The notes beneath the pieces are model-generated. The model searched no databases, was not told where the DNA came from, and saw only the letters and a program-made list of their open reading frames with translations. A DNA stretch of 64,000 nt from a bacterium (lineage in GTDB: Bacteria > J088 > JAWLBW01): positions 62,001 to 126,000 of the forward strand of contig JAWLHK010000004.1 in NCBI GenBank assembly GCA_041690355.1. The letters are read 5' to 3'. A program made the translations under genes and the position numbers. The first letter of the stretch is position 1; every line of letters starts with the position of its first letter. Positions 8,798 to 18,842 of this stretch are shown here, piece by piece.

Positions 8798-11595
8798 ACG
8801 ACCCTTTCCTTGTCATCCTCTTTGCGCGGCGGGATGGGCGCCAGGTAACCGATAGCGAGCAGGAGCACGCCGGTACCGAGAAACGAGACGACGCGGGCGA
8901 TGGTCCCCGTCGCCGCGAGATCGACAATCAGCAGCTTGGCCATGACGAGTGCGAGCAGGCCGGCCCCCGCGATCCAGACGCGGCGCCATCCCCTGCGGTG
9001 CGCGACGAACATGAGGCCCATGGCGCAGGCGGTCCAGAACAGAGAGAGCGAAGTCTGGAGCACGGCCGATCTCCAGAGCGCGGCGCTGCGCCAGGGAACG
9101 CCGGCGAAGTGATGGACGGCGCGCACGACCCCGGCGGTCCACCACACGAAAGCGAACGCGCCGGCCGCCGTGGCGAAGGGCGCCGGGGGGAAATCCGCGC
9201 GCCAGTCGGCGGGCATCACGTTGCGGTACCAGCGGATCGAGGCGAGCAGCAGGAATCCGGCCCCGAGATCGAGCGGGTTGATGAGCGGAAGATACGAGAG
9301 GCCGGCCGTCGCACCCGACGACGCGAGGTGACCCGCCAGCGCCGCGAACAGGGCGGCCCCGAAGAGAACCGTGGCGCCGGTCCCCGCGTACAGCCGGGGC
9401 GCAAGCCGCACCGGGAACGCGCCGGACCGCCCGCCGGCGAGCGCGAACAGCGCGGGAACGATCATGGCGACGGCGAGCACCCACTCGGCGCCGCGCAATC
9501 GGTATTCCGGATCCGTAAGCTGCAGCAGCTGCCAGCCGATCTCCCACGCCACGAGCAGCGCCCCCAGCCACCAGCCGGCCAGGTGCGCAACCGGAATCGC
9601 GGCGGATGCGTTTCCGGCGTCACGCGCGAGGTGGCGGTAATGCACGATCGCCACCATGAGCCAGGCGGGCGCGCCGATGCCGGCGAGCGGATGCCAATCC
9701 CCGGCGCTGACGAGTCCGAACAGAAAGAGCCAGGCGGCCGGAACCAGTCCCAGCCAGGCCGCGCCGGGCGTCGCCCACCGCAGGCGGCGCGCGCACCAGG
9801 AGGCGAGGACGGCGGTCGCGGCCAGATAGATCAGATACCCGTGGACGAGAATCCCGGCCGCATACGCGCCATGATGCCAGTCCCGCTCGGAGGCGACGCG
9901 ATACCACTCGGCCCAGCCGCCGCCCAGCCACCAGGCGGCCGCCAGAAAGAGAAAGGGCCAGGCCGAGGCGCGCTCCCACCGGGCGATGCGGGATGCGGTG
10001 CCGGCGAGCAGCCAGGCGACCAGCAACGCGCTGGCGGCGAGAAGGAGCGTGCCGATGGCGGCGGCATTCAGGACGGGAACCGCATCGGCGCCGGGCCCGC
10101 CGGCCTTCACGAACGCAATGGCGGCGCCGCCCTGCAGCAGCATTCCGGCCAGACGGGCAAGCCGCGCGCCGCGGCGCACCCCGCTCCACACGAGCACGAC
10201 CCCTTCGACCGCCCAGGCCGCCGCGGTCCACCGGCTGTCGAGCGCGAGGGGAATGGCAAGCGTGTTGAAGGCGATGCCCAATCCGAGAAAGATCCGCGCC
10301 AGCGCGGCATACCGCTCGCGCGCCCGGCTGAACAGGAGGGTGGCCAACCCGACATAGAGCACACCGAGGAGCGCCGCGCTGGCCGCGAGCGCCCAGGGAA
10401 TGCCGCCCACAACCTGTGTCTGCAGACCGAAGGCGGTCAGGGGGAGCCCGAAGATCAGGGTGTTATCGATGCCGTCCAGCCCCTTGCTGCGCCGGGAGTA
10501 GAAGAGCACGCCGACGGCGAGATAGAGCAGGAAGAAGAAGATGAGGAACGGCTCGACCGTTCCCGCGAGCTCGGGCTTGTAGGCGTCGGCCCCCCAGGCC
10601 GCACCGACGCCGAAGGTGAAGAGAAAGCCGAGCAGGTTGAGCGAACGCCACGCGCGGTACCGGGCCACGGCGAGAATGCCGAGATTGAGCATGGCGTAGT
10701 AGGAGAAGAGGGCGACGTGATTCCCCTCGCCCGAGGACGCGAGAATCGGCGCGAGAAAGCCGCCGCTGACCCCGAGCACGGCGAGCACCTGGGCGTTCTG
10801 GAGAATCGCGAGGATGGCCGAGAGAACGGCGGTCGTGAGCAGCAACGCGAACGCGAGTCCCGAAGGGATCAGGTGGTAGAGCTGGTAGCCGCCGAAGACC
10901 GTCAGGTAGAAGACGCCAATGCCGCCGCCCTGCAGAATGAGCCCGAAGGCCCGCTTCGTGCTGCGCAGCCGCCAGCCGAGGCCCGTCAAGGCGAGGGCGC
11001 CCGCCGCGGCGGCGCCGAGGCGCACCTCGATGGGGAGAAATCCGCGCTCGCCAACGTATTTGAGGAGGAAGGCGACGCCGACGAAGAGCACCAGGATGCC
11101 GATGCGGGCGATGGGATTGCCGGTCGTGAAGTACCGCTTGACCGCCGCGACGGCCTCATCGATGGGGCCTGGCTCCGCGGGCGGGCCCGGTTCCGCAGGT
11201 TCCGTTGGCGGAACGCTTTCCGCTTGTGCCGAGGAAGGCCTGGACGCCTCGCGCAGCTCCGTGGCGAAGTCGTGCCCGGACTCGCCGGACTCGCCGCGAG
11301 CGGAAGGCGGCGGGGGCGCTGCGAACGGCGGCGGTTCCACCGGCTGCGCCGGGGGTGGCGCGGGCGGTTCCCCCGCAATGGGGCCGGCCCCCGTCTGCTC
11401 GAGCCTCTCGATCCGCGCGAGCAACCTGCGCTCGCGCAGCAGGGCCGCGCGCTGCTCCTCGCGGAGGGAGTTCCGCAGCTGGAACACCAGGACGAAGAGC
11501 GCGCCGACCGCGCCGCCGAGGAGGACGCCGCTGCCGGTCAGAAAGGCGAGCAACGCACCGGCCGCCGCGGCAAGAAGGAGAGGAGCTACAGGCAT
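8794..11595 (-). CDS. DUF2339-family polytopic membrane protein
   Basis: 933 aa; TGNPIARIGILVLFVGVAFLLKY, GGFLAPIL, C-terminal KLLIVDL...RVVSFLGTGVLLLAIGYLAP. Confidence 0.88.
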   Translation of the reverse strand: MPVAPLLLAAAAGALLAFLTGSGVLLGGAVGALFVLVFQLRNSLREEQRAALLRERRLLARIERLEQTGAGPIAGEPPAPPPAQPVEPPPFAAPPPPSARGESGESGHDFATELREASRPSSAQAESVPPTEPAEPGPPAEPGPIDEAVAAVKRYFTTGNPIARIGILVLFVGVAFLLKYVGERGFLPIEVRLGAAAAGALALTGLGWRLRSTKRAFGLILQGGGIGVFYLTVFGGYQLYHLIPSGLAFALLLTTAVLSAILAILQNAQVLAVLGVSGGFLAPILASSGEGNHVALFSYYAMLNLGILAVARYRAWRSLNLLGFLFTFGVGAAWGADAYKPELAGTVEPFLIFFFLLYLAVGVLFYSRRSKGLDGIDNTLIFGLPLTAFGLQTQVVGGIPWALAASAALLGVLYVGLATLLFSRARERYAALARIFLGLGIAFNTLAIPLALDSRWTAAAWAVEGVVLVWSGVRRGARLARLAGMLLQGGAAIAFVKAGGPGADAVPVLNAAAIGTLLLAASALLVAWLLAGTASRIARWERASAWPFLFLAAAWWLGGGWAEWYRVASERDWHHGAYAAGILVHGYLIYLAATAVLASWCARRLRWATPGAAWLGLVPAAWLFLFGLVSAGDWHPLAGIGAPAWLMVAIVHYRHLARDAGNASAAIPVAHLAGWWLGALLVAWEIGWQLLQLTDPEYRLRGAEWVLAVAMIVPALFALAGGRSGAFPVRLAPRLYAGTGATVLFGAALFAALAGHLASSGATAGLSYLPLINPLDLGAGFLLLASIRWYRNVMPADWRADFPPAPFATAAGAFAFVWWTAGVVRAVHHFAGVPWRSAALWRSAVLQTSLSLFWTACAMGLMFVAHRRGWRRVWIAGAGLLALVMAKLLIVDLAATGTIARVVSFLGTGVLLLAIGYLAPIPPRKEDDKERVV

Positions 11596-11641
11596 CCCTT
11601 ATTCAAGCAAAGAGCCGGCGCGGCGGCAAACCTTGCGCCAT

Positions 11642-11676
11642 GCGAATGGCAGATGACAAATCGCAAATGGCAAATG
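11642..11676. repeat. Degenerate heptamer tandem repeat (GCAAATG-like x5)
   Basis: gcgaatg gcagatg acaaatc gcaaatg gcaaatg. Confidence 0.7.
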
Positions 11677-11817
11677 CACAACCCGTTCGTCGCGAGCTGA
11701 CGGCGGGAGCTTTCCGCTGCCGCGGCCCCCACCTCGTGCACATCGTGGTCCATGGCTCCCCCGGGGGAGCATCCATTGCTGCACGTGCTTGCGGAGGACT
11801 GAGAAGGAATAGCCCGG

Positions 11818-12513
11818 TCATTGCGGTCTGGCGATCAGCTGCCGGTCGTCTACGACGGTGAAGGTGGCAAGTTCTACCTCGGCCGCCCGGATATCGGAGC
11901 GAAGCGAATAGAGGATGAGGCCGTTCCCGTTCTTCAACAGAGCGGCTCCTTCAAACCCGTCGACATGCGGGAGCACCACCTTGTACTGTTCACCCGTCGG
12001 ACGGGAGAGCGCAATCGCCTTGTCGTCTTTCTGAGAAATGCGCCGGTCACCGTTGGAGTCGCTCTCGGCGACGACATAGAGAAACGCCTGAGGTGCAGGC
12101 TTCGGATCGACATATCCGGCTTCGGGGATGTTCTCGGTCGAGAGAATCAGCCCGCTCGGTTCGGGACGTAACCACCTCGTTGTGCGGCTCTCCGGATCGA
12201 AGAACAGGTAATTCCTGGTCGAGAGCGCCTGCTTGCCCGAGCCGAAGCCGCCGTCGTATCCCTGGTCCAGATACAGCTCGGCACGCAGGACATCGGTCCC
12301 GTCGATCGCCCGGAAATCTCCGAGACGCGTGGATTCGCTTACACCCTGGCCTTTCTCGACGAAGGCCACATCCTGCACATGGCGGGTACGGAACGCTTCC
12401 GCAAGAATGAGTCCGAGGGCGCCCACACCTGCCGCAGCGGCGACGAGGCCGGCGAGGAAGATGATGACCGCGTTGGCCTTCCACAAGGCGGCGAAAAACT
12501 TCTCAGACGCCAC
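11818..12513 (-). CDS. Hypothetical protein with N-terminal TM helix and EF-hand-like DSNGDRRISQKD loop
   Basis: Probable GTG start at 12513 (VASEKFF...). Confidence 0.65.
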   Translation of the reverse strand: MASEKFFAALWKANAVIIFLAGLVAAAAGVGALGLILAEAFRTRHVQDVAFVEKGQGVSESTRLGDFRAIDGTDVLRAELYLDQGYDGGFGSGKQALSTRNYLFFDPESRTTRWLRPEPSGLILSTENIPEAGYVDPKPAPQAFLYVVAESDSNGDRRISQKDDKAIALSRPTGEQYKVVLPHVDGFEGAALLKNGNGLILYSLRSDIRAAEVELATFTVVDDRQLIARPQ

Positions 12514-12750
12514 GCAACACTCCGTTCCGCCGGTGAATACCGGCAGGCAATACCTTACCGGGCAGAGCGCATCGGCGCAAACGCGCTCAGGGATGCGGGC
12601 GGGGATTCTCGGCTGCGAGCGGATATTGCTGACGGCACTGCAGCTCACACATGGCCTCGTCTGCGCACTGCTCGAGACAGGCGTACAGCGGTTCGCCCCG
12701 GATACTGAGGCATCCGGCCAAGATGAGCATCGATGCTGCGAGGAGCCGGA

Positions 12751-13575
12751 TCACTGCCCCTCCCCTTCCCTTCGCAGCAGTTCGCGCTTGCGTTCGACAC
12801 CCCAGCGATACCCCGCGAGATCGCCGTCACGGCGCACGACGCGGTGGCACGGGATGGCCACGGCGAGGGGATTCGCCGCGCAGGCGCTCGCGACGGCGCG
12901 CACGGCGGCGGGAGAGCCGATGCGGCGCGCGAGCTCGGTGTAGGTCACCGTCGCGCCGGGGGGAATCTTCTGCAGCGCCGTCCACACGCGATGCTGGAAC
13001 GCCGTTCCCCGGATATCGAGGGGCAGCTCGAAGCCGACGCGCGGCGCTTCGACGAACCCGACCACGGCGGCCACGACCCGCTCGAAGGCGGCGTCGCCGC
13101 CGACCAGGTGCGCCCTGGGGAACCGGTCCTGCAGGTCGCGCACGAGCGCCTCGGGATCGTCGCCGAGCAGGATGGCGCACACGCCGCGCTCGCTCTGCGC
13201 CACGAGGAGCGCCCCGAGCGAAGTCTCGCCGACGGCGAAGCGGATGGTCGCTCCGCCGCCGCCCGCGCGGTAGCGCCCGGGGGTCATGCCGAGCATGCCG
13301 TCGGCATCTTCATAGAAGCGGCCGGTGGACCGGTAGCCGGCATCGAAAATCGCGCCGGTCACCGACTGCCCTTGCGCGAGCGCGCGGCGCACCCGCTCGC
13401 CGCGCTGCGCGGCCGCCCAGGCGCGGGGGGTCAGTCCCGTGACGGCCTTGAAGGTGCGGTGCAGGTGCGAGGGGCTCAGCCCGGCGCGGCGCGCCAGCTC
13501 CGCGAGCGCGGGGGGCTGTTCGGCGGCGGCGAGCAGACGGCAGAGTTCGGCCACGGTGTCGGCATGCCTGGTCAT
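12751..13575 (-). CDS. ada: Ada-like AraC HTH + methylated-DNA--protein-cysteine methyltransferase
   Basis: GLSPSHLHRTFKAVTGLTP HTH; GTAFQHRVW; active site IPCHRV; GYRWG. No N-terminal Zn-binding domain. Confidence 0.85.
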   Translation of the reverse strand: MTRHADTVAELCRLLAAAEQPPALAELARRAGLSPSHLHRTFKAVTGLTPRAWAAAQRGERVRRALAQGQSVTGAIFDAGYRSTGRFYEDADGMLGMTPGRYRAGGGGATIRFAVGETSLGALLVAQSERGVCAILLGDDPEALVRDLQDRFPRAHLVGGDAAFERVVAAVVGFVEAPRVGFELPLDIRGTAFQHRVWTALQKIPPGATVTYTELARRIGSPAAVRAVASACAANPLAVAIPCHRVVRRDGDLAGYRWGVERKRELLRREGEGQ

Positions 13576-13659
13576 GGCTACATCTTAGGCGGAAGCCCGC
13601 GTCCGCGCACTCCGGATCCTGCCATGCCCCTGGCCCCCCCCTGCCCCCGGGCCCGTACA

Positions 13660-14331
13660 CTACCGCGCGCCCACGTACTTGCACTGGGGCGCGAAGCGCA
13701 GAATGTCGCGGTAGCTGGCGGTTTCGCACCGCCAGCGCAGGCCGCCGCGGGCGTCGACTTCGGGCACCAGTTGAATCGTGGCGGGTGCGCCGTCCACCTT
13801 CTCGGCGTAGGCGAGCGTCACGACACCGCCGTCGCCGACCCGCATGGAGACCAGCGCCTCGGTCTGATACTCCCCGGGCGCGTCGAGTTCGGCTTCTTCG
13901 TTCGACGTGGGGAACTCGCCACGGTTCGCATAGTACTCGGTCACCGCGACCTTGGCGCCCATGCCGACCTGCAGCCCTTCGGCGACCAGGGCGGCCGACA
14001 GATACCGTTCGCGCAGCGCCTCGGCCTCGCGCTTCTCGGCGGCGATGGTCTCCTGGAATTCAGCGGCGCGCCGATCGAGCGCGTTCGCCTGCTGCCGCAG
14101 CGCCTTGCCCGTCTGCCGTCCCGTCTGGCGCACTTCCTGCCGGACAGCGGCGGTCTGTTCATCGAGCCGTTCGTTCAGATCGGCTACCTGCCCCTGCAGC
14201 GCCTCGGCCTGCGCCCGCGCCGCCGCCGCGGCCTGCTCTAGCTGCGGCCGGCGAAAGAAGATTTCGTATGCCGCGAGCACGGCCGCGAACGCGAGCCCCG
14301 TCGCGATAATCTGCAGAAGAAACTTTTTCAT
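13660..14331 (-). CDS. Pilin-domain protein with TM anchor and coiled coil
   Basis: Start MKKFLLQ at 14331; C-terminal EGL...KVAVTEYY...GEFP.SN...WRC...PQC pilin head. Confidence 0.7.
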   Translation of the reverse strand: MKKFLLQIIATGLAFAAVLAAYEIFFRRPQLEQAAAAARAQAEALQGQVADLNERLDEQTAAVRQEVRQTGRQTGKALRQQANALDRRAAEFQETIAAEKREAEALRERYLSAALVAEGLQVGMGAKVAVTEYYANRGEFPTSNEEAELDAPGEYQTEALVSMRVGDGGVVTLAYAEKVDGAPATIQLVPEVDARGGLRWRCETASYRDILRFAPQCKYVGAR

Positions 14332-14452
14332 GGAAACGCCTCCACCGGTTCGCGGGGGGCCGCCCGGCTGCTCACGAAACGTGTACTGTAGCAGCGTCGG
14401 GAATCCGGCGCACACGGCCTTTCGGCAGGGTCAGCCTTCGCGCCCGCCAGCT

Positions 14453-14920
14453 TCATTCAGGGTCGGAATGCTCGTGAGCCGCGACAAGCCCGTCGAGCGA
14501 GGCGCCCGCCATCCGCATGGCGACGCGGCAATGGGAAACGCCCGGGGTTGCCTGCGATTGCAGCACGACAAACTGTCCGCCCGCATGGCCGACAATCGCG
14601 CGGTCGAACTCCATCATGCGGAAACACGCCTGCACGTCGCCCGTTCCCCGCAAGGGACACGGCGTGTGAATCTCCGCATACACGGTATCCTCGGTGACGG
14701 ACGTCACGGGCACCTGCTTCGCCGAGGGGAACGAACGCTGCCAGAGGGTCCCCAGCTCGGCCAGCGAAGCCGCGCGTCCAATCCGCTTGCTCCGGATGGC
14801 CACCGCTGCGAGCGCATGCGTGAGCCCGTCGGAGAGGGGCCTCAGGAGTGGACGGCGGGCCACGGCCGCCAGCGTACCCAGAACCAGCTGCACGGAGGAC
14901 TTGATAAGCCACTTCTGCAT
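14453..14920 (-). CDS. Hypothetical protein with three Cys (CP...C...C; V4R/ATC-hydrolase-like)
   Basis: Start MQKWLIK at 14920; EIHTPCPL, ACFRMMEFD, SHCRV. Confidence 0.55.
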   Translation of the reverse strand: MQKWLIKSSVQLVLGTLAAVARRPLLRPLSDGLTHALAAVAIRSKRIGRAASLAELGTLWQRSFPSAKQVPVTSVTEDTVYAEIHTPCPLRGTGDVQACFRMMEFDRAIVGHAGGQFVVLQSQATPGVSHCRVAMRMAGASLDGLVAAHEHSDPE

Positions 14921-14981
14921 GACGACCGACCTTTCATGGCCTCGCGGCCGGAAGAGAACCTTGCGGAATGCGTCTGATGGA

Positions 14982-16244
14982 TCAAGCCGCGGCCGACGTG
15001 TCGACATCGGCCAGGGCGATTCGATCCCGCCCGGCCGCCTTGCCGGCGTAAAGCGCCGCGTCGGCGCGGCGGATCAGGGATTCTCGGTCCTCACCAGCGT
15101 GCCATGCGGCGACGCCGATGGTCACCGTAATTCGAAGGGATCCCTGCGCGGTTTCAAGCGGAATTTTTGCGAGGCGCGCGCGGAGCCGTTCGAGAACCTC
15201 GACCGCCTGTCTGGGCGAGGTGTCCGGAAGCACCAGGATGAACTCCTCGCCGCCGAAGCGGGCGAGGACATCCGTCGCACGAAGACCCTCGCGGCAGACG
15301 GCGCTGAACAGCCGCAACGCCTCATCACCCGCCGCGTGACCGAAGTCGTCGTTGACGCGCTTGAAGCGATCGATGTCCATCAGACAGAGCGTGAGCGGCG
15401 TGCCGTTTCTCGCAGCCCGCGCGATCTCCCGGGCGAAGAGGACCTCGAATCGGCGGCGGTTCAGCAGTCCCGTCAGCGGGTCGGTCTCGGCCAGGTGGGT
15501 CAGTTCGGCCAGCAGCGCATATTCGCGCCGGCGCAAAGTGGCGAATCGCCAGGCCGCGATGGCGCCGATGATCGCGGGAAAGGAGACGAGAAGCCCGATG
15601 CTCGCGATCTCGGGTCCCGACATGTCGCCAGCGAACGAGAGCGTCGCCAGAAACCCGCCGACTCCGGCCGTGGCGACGGACAGCATGAGCGGAAACCGAT
15701 TCGGCACAAAACTGAAGAGGCCCACGAGCATGGTCATGACAATGCCCAGATGCCAGGCGAGCTCCTCCGGGCGCGCGTGCACGACGACGAAATAGGCGGC
15801 GAACGAGAGCGCCTCCAACCCTGATACGATGCGTCCGTCCTCGATCAGCACCGGCCGGCGCCATGCCAGCGCGGCGCCCGCCGTAAGCAGGCCTGCAATT
15901 GCGATGCGCACGGCAAGCAGCCGCAGAAACGGATCTGCGCTGCCGAAGGCGACCCAATCCGGATAGGCGAAGACGAGAAACAGCAGCGCCATGACGAGCA
16001 GCGACACGGCGGTCTGGCGCCCCTTCTGCCCCCGGTACCGCGCGCGGAACGCGGCTTCGGCGGCCGATTCCGTGAACTCGGCCGTGAGGCGCGAGAGGGT
16101 CCACTCCGCAGAAGAGGGCGCGTCGCGGCGGAGTCGGCGTCCGCCCGGCGACTCTTCCACGAATGGCCCTCGCACGGCGTGAAGGGCTCCCGAATCATGC
16201 AGCGGAAGCGCTCCATCCGCGTTGTCGGCGTGGACGGTAGTCAT
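14982..16244 (-). CDS. Membrane-bound diguanylate cyclase (GGDEF domain)
   Basis: TDPLTGLLNRR, DIDRFKRVNDDFGH, RFGGEEF, ADAALYAGK; several N-terminal TM helices; start uncertain. Confidence 0.9.
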   Translation of the reverse strand: MTTVHADNADGALPLHDSGALHAVRGPFVEESPGGRRLRRDAPSSAEWTLSRLTAEFTESAAEAAFRARYRGQKGRQTAVSLLVMALLFLVFAYPDWVAFGSADPFLRLLAVRIAIAGLLTAGAALAWRRPVLIEDGRIVSGLEALSFAAYFVVVHARPEELAWHLGIVMTMLVGLFSFVPNRFPLMLSVATAGVGGFLATLSFAGDMSGPEIASIGLLVSFPAIIGAIAAWRFATLRRREYALLAELTHLAETDPLTGLLNRRRFEVLFAREIARAARNGTPLTLCLMDIDRFKRVNDDFGHAAGDEALRLFSAVCREGLRATDVLARFGGEEFILVLPDTSPRQAVEVLERLRARLAKIPLETAQGSLRITVTIGVAAWHAGEDRESLIRRADAALYAGKAAGRDRIALADVDTSAAA

Positions 16245-16430
16245 CCACTGTATTGAACCTGTTTTCGGACATGAGCGCTGTGACGCAGGTAACAGGAGTG
16301 AGGATGGTGCGGATGGATCCGGGAATTTCATTTGTTCCCCCTCCTCCTCGCTGGAGGAGGAGGGCGCCATGCGCGGTCAGCGCAGGCGGGAGGAGGTGGT
16401 GACCGCCTGCCGCCGTGGGTATCATGGACC

Positions 16431-17261
16431 ATGGCCTGGAGGAATCCGCTGGCGCCCCCGCGCCCCGCCGGGATGAGCGACGAAGAGGCGCGCCTCGCCG
16501 CCATCCTGCCGCCCGTGGGGCACACGGTTCCGCCGGCGACCGTAGCGGAACAGGTGCGCGGATTCGCACGCGTGCTCCGCTTCTCGGCCCGGTTCCTCCT
16601 GCGGATGCGCGCGCTCGAGGACATCGCGCTCGGCTCTCCCGCATTCCGCGAGGAATCGAGCGCCTTCCTGCGCACCCTCGGCATCCAGGTGGAAATCCGC
16701 GGAGAAACGCATCTGCAGCGCGACGGCCAGGTGCTCATGTGGAATCAGACGAGCCACCTGGATCATCTCGTGCTCGGCGTGGCGATCCCGGTCGCGTTCC
16801 GCTCGCTCTACAATGTGGAACTCGCCAAGGTTCCCCGCTACGGTCCCTGGCTGCGCAAGCAGGGGCACTTCTTCGTCGATCGCTTCGACGAGGCGCAATG
16901 GCGCGCTTCGATTGCCGAGGCGGCGGCGTGGATCCGGGAGGGGAACACGGTGCTCGTCTCGCCTGAGGGGACGCGCAGCTGGGACGGCCGACTGTTGCCG
17001 ATGAAGCGCGGCGCCTTCCTGCTCGCCGTCGCGGCGCAGCGTCCCATCGTGCCCGTGGTCGTCCGCGGCGCGCAGCCGCTTCTGCCGCGCGGGCGGTTCA
17101 CGGTCAAGCCGGGGATCATCGCGGTGGAATTTCTCGAGCCCATCCCCACGGAAGGCTACACCGAGGAAACGCGGACCGCGCTCGAAGCCCATGTGGCGGA
17201 ACGGTTTCGCGAGGCGCTGCAAGACGGCCCCCCTGTCGTCCCCCGAAGGGTGACCCGCTGA
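16431..17261 (+). CDS. Lysophospholipid acyltransferase (PlsC family)
   Basis: NQTSHLD variant of NHxSxxD, FVDR, SPEGTRS, MKRGAF, PIVPV. Confidence 0.8.
   Translation: MAWRNPLAPPRPAGMSDEEARLAAILPPVGHTVPPATVAEQVRGFARVLRFSARFLLRMRALEDIALGSPAFREESSAFLRTLGIQVEIRGETHLQRDGQVLMWNQTSHLDHLVLGVAIPVAFRSLYNVELAKVPRYGPWLRKQGHFFVDRFDEAQWRASIAEAAAWIREGNTVLVSPEGTRSWDGRLLPMKRGAFLLAVAAQRPIVPVVVRGAQPLLPRGRFTVKPGIIAVEFLEPIPTEGYTEETRTALEAHVAERFREALQDGPPVVPRRVTR
17226..17257 (-). repeat. GC-rich REP-like element inside the 3' end of the acyltransferase gene
   Basis: Reverse complement matches 55976-56007 at 30/32 positions. Confidence 0.7.
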
Positions 17262-17380
17262 GCAATGCTGTGCGATAAATCAGAATCCGGGAAGAGACAC
17301 CGCTCTTGCTTCGGCCCTGGCTTCTCCCCCCCTCTCCCCCTCCCCCACTCCCCCACTCCGAAGGGTTCCGTGAAGTGACC

Positions 17381-17725
17381 CTACTTGGCCTTCTTCACAA
17401 ACTCCGACTTCAAGCTCATCGCACCGAAGCCATCGATCCGGCAGTCGATGTTGTGATCCCCCTCGACGAGGCGGATGTTCTTGACCTTGGTGCCGGCCTT
17501 GAGCACGCCGGAGGAGCCCTTGAGCTTGAGGTCCTTGACCACGATCACGCTGTCGCCGTCGGCGAGCTGCGTGCCGTGGGCGTCCTTGACGATCAGGCCG
17601 CCGGCGCCCTCTTCGGCAGCGGCTTCGGGCGACCATTCGTGCGCGCACTCGGGGCACACGAGCAGGGCGCCGTCTTCATAGGTGTACTGGGATCCGCACT
17701 GCGGACATTTGGGTAGTTCAGACAT
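17381..17725 (-). CDS. yjdM: YjdM/PhnA zinc-ribbon protein
   Basis: [19 protein letters not shown]...CPECAHEW...LKVKG-like LKLKGSS...[23 protein letters not shown]. Confidence 0.9.
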   Translation of the reverse strand: MSELPKCPQCGSQYTYEDGALLVCPECAHEWSPEAAAEEGAGGLIVKDAHGTQLADGDSVIVVKDLKLKGSSGVLKAGTKVKNIRLVEGDHNIDCRIDGFGAMSLKSEFVKKAK

Positions 17726-17769
17726 TCCCCCATGGTAGCAGCCTGCGGCATGGACTGGCGACCCATGGT

Positions 17770-18348
17770 TCACGCCTCGCGCCGGAGCAACGCGATTCTC
17801 CGGCCCGCCGCCGAATCCTCGATCAGCGTGTCGAGCCGGCGCCGGCGCGTCGCCTCGCGCTTCGCGCTGACGACCCACCAGAGGGCGGCCTTGCGATACC
17901 CGGGCGGTTGTGCCCGGAAGTACTTCCATGCGGCGGCGTTCGCACGGAACCGGGCCGCCGCCTCCCGGTCGAGCCGCGGCATCCGGTCCTGGGAGAAGGA
18001 GTACCCCGCCTCGTTCCCGGGATCCCGTTCGGCAAACACACGCAACCCGGCGGGGCGCATCCGGCCCTGCGCCGTCAGCTCCGCGACCTTGCGGATGTTG
18101 ACGGCGCTCCAGACGCTGCCGCGGCGGCGGGGCGTGAAGCGGATGCTGTACCGCTCGGCGTCAATCGACCGGCGGACGCCGTCGATCCAGCCGAAGCACA
18201 GCGCTTCGTCCACCGATTCGGACCACGTCATGCTCGGGCGGCCCGACCCCTTTTTGTAGTAACCGACGAGGAGCTCGGCCGCCGTCGTGTGGTGCTCTTC
18301 GAGCCACCGGCGGAAGTCTGCGGGCGTGGGAAAAAAGGTGGGCTTCAT
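17770..18348 (-). CDS. YdeI/OmpD-associated family protein
   Basis: [43 protein letters not shown]. Confidence 0.9.
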   Translation of the reverse strand: MKPTFFPTPADFRRWLEEHHTTAAELLVGYYKKGSGRPSMTWSESVDEALCFGWIDGVRRSIDAERYSIRFTPRRRGSVWSAVNIRKVAELTAQGRMRPAGLRVFAERDPGNEAGYSFSQDRMPRLDREAAARFRANAAAWKYFRAQPPGYRKAALWWVVSAKREATRRRRLDTLIEDSAAGRRIALLRREA

Positions 18349-18548
18349 GCGGGGTGCGGTTCCGAACGTCTCCTGTGCAGGTGCATCTGCCCCCAGCAAT
18401 CGCTGTGTCGGAGTATCCGGCTGCCGAACCCTGCGCGCTGGAGTCGTCCACACTGTATCAAGGTTCCGCATCCATTTGTCATGAAATCCTGATTCCCTTT
18501 TTCTCACCGCTCCGGCGCAATGGCAGACGCTTTCATTACGGGGTTTCC

Positions 18549-18665
18549 ATGAAGGAGTCCTTCGACTGCTGGGGCGACAACGCGAACGACCAGGTCGGCG
18601 ACGGAAGCGACGCGATGTTCACCCCTTCCGTTCCCGATCCGTCGCCGGTCACGCTGGCGCAGTAG
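18549..18665 (+). pseudogene. 3' remnant of an RCC1-repeat protein
   Basis: CWGDNANDQVGDG resembles the RCC1 CWGxNxxGQLGDG motif; followed by a terminator. Confidence 0.5.
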
Positions 18666-18686
18666 GAACGGGGCGCGAAGCAATCG

Positions 18687-18712
18687 GGCCCGCCGCAAGG
18701 CAGGCCTTTTTT
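18687..18712 (+). terminator. Rho-independent terminator
   Basis: GGCCCGCC-GCAA-GGCAGGCC-TTTTTT. Confidence 0.7.
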
Positions 18713-18842
18713 ACCTTGGCGCGGTCGCCGGCGGCGTCCGCGGCGGCGATGGATTCAGGCGAACCGCCCTGAAACCGGTCTTCGGTGTACTGAAATCCTA
18801 TTCCCTGATTCGCCCCGCAACGCAAGCGAGCACGATCGGAAT

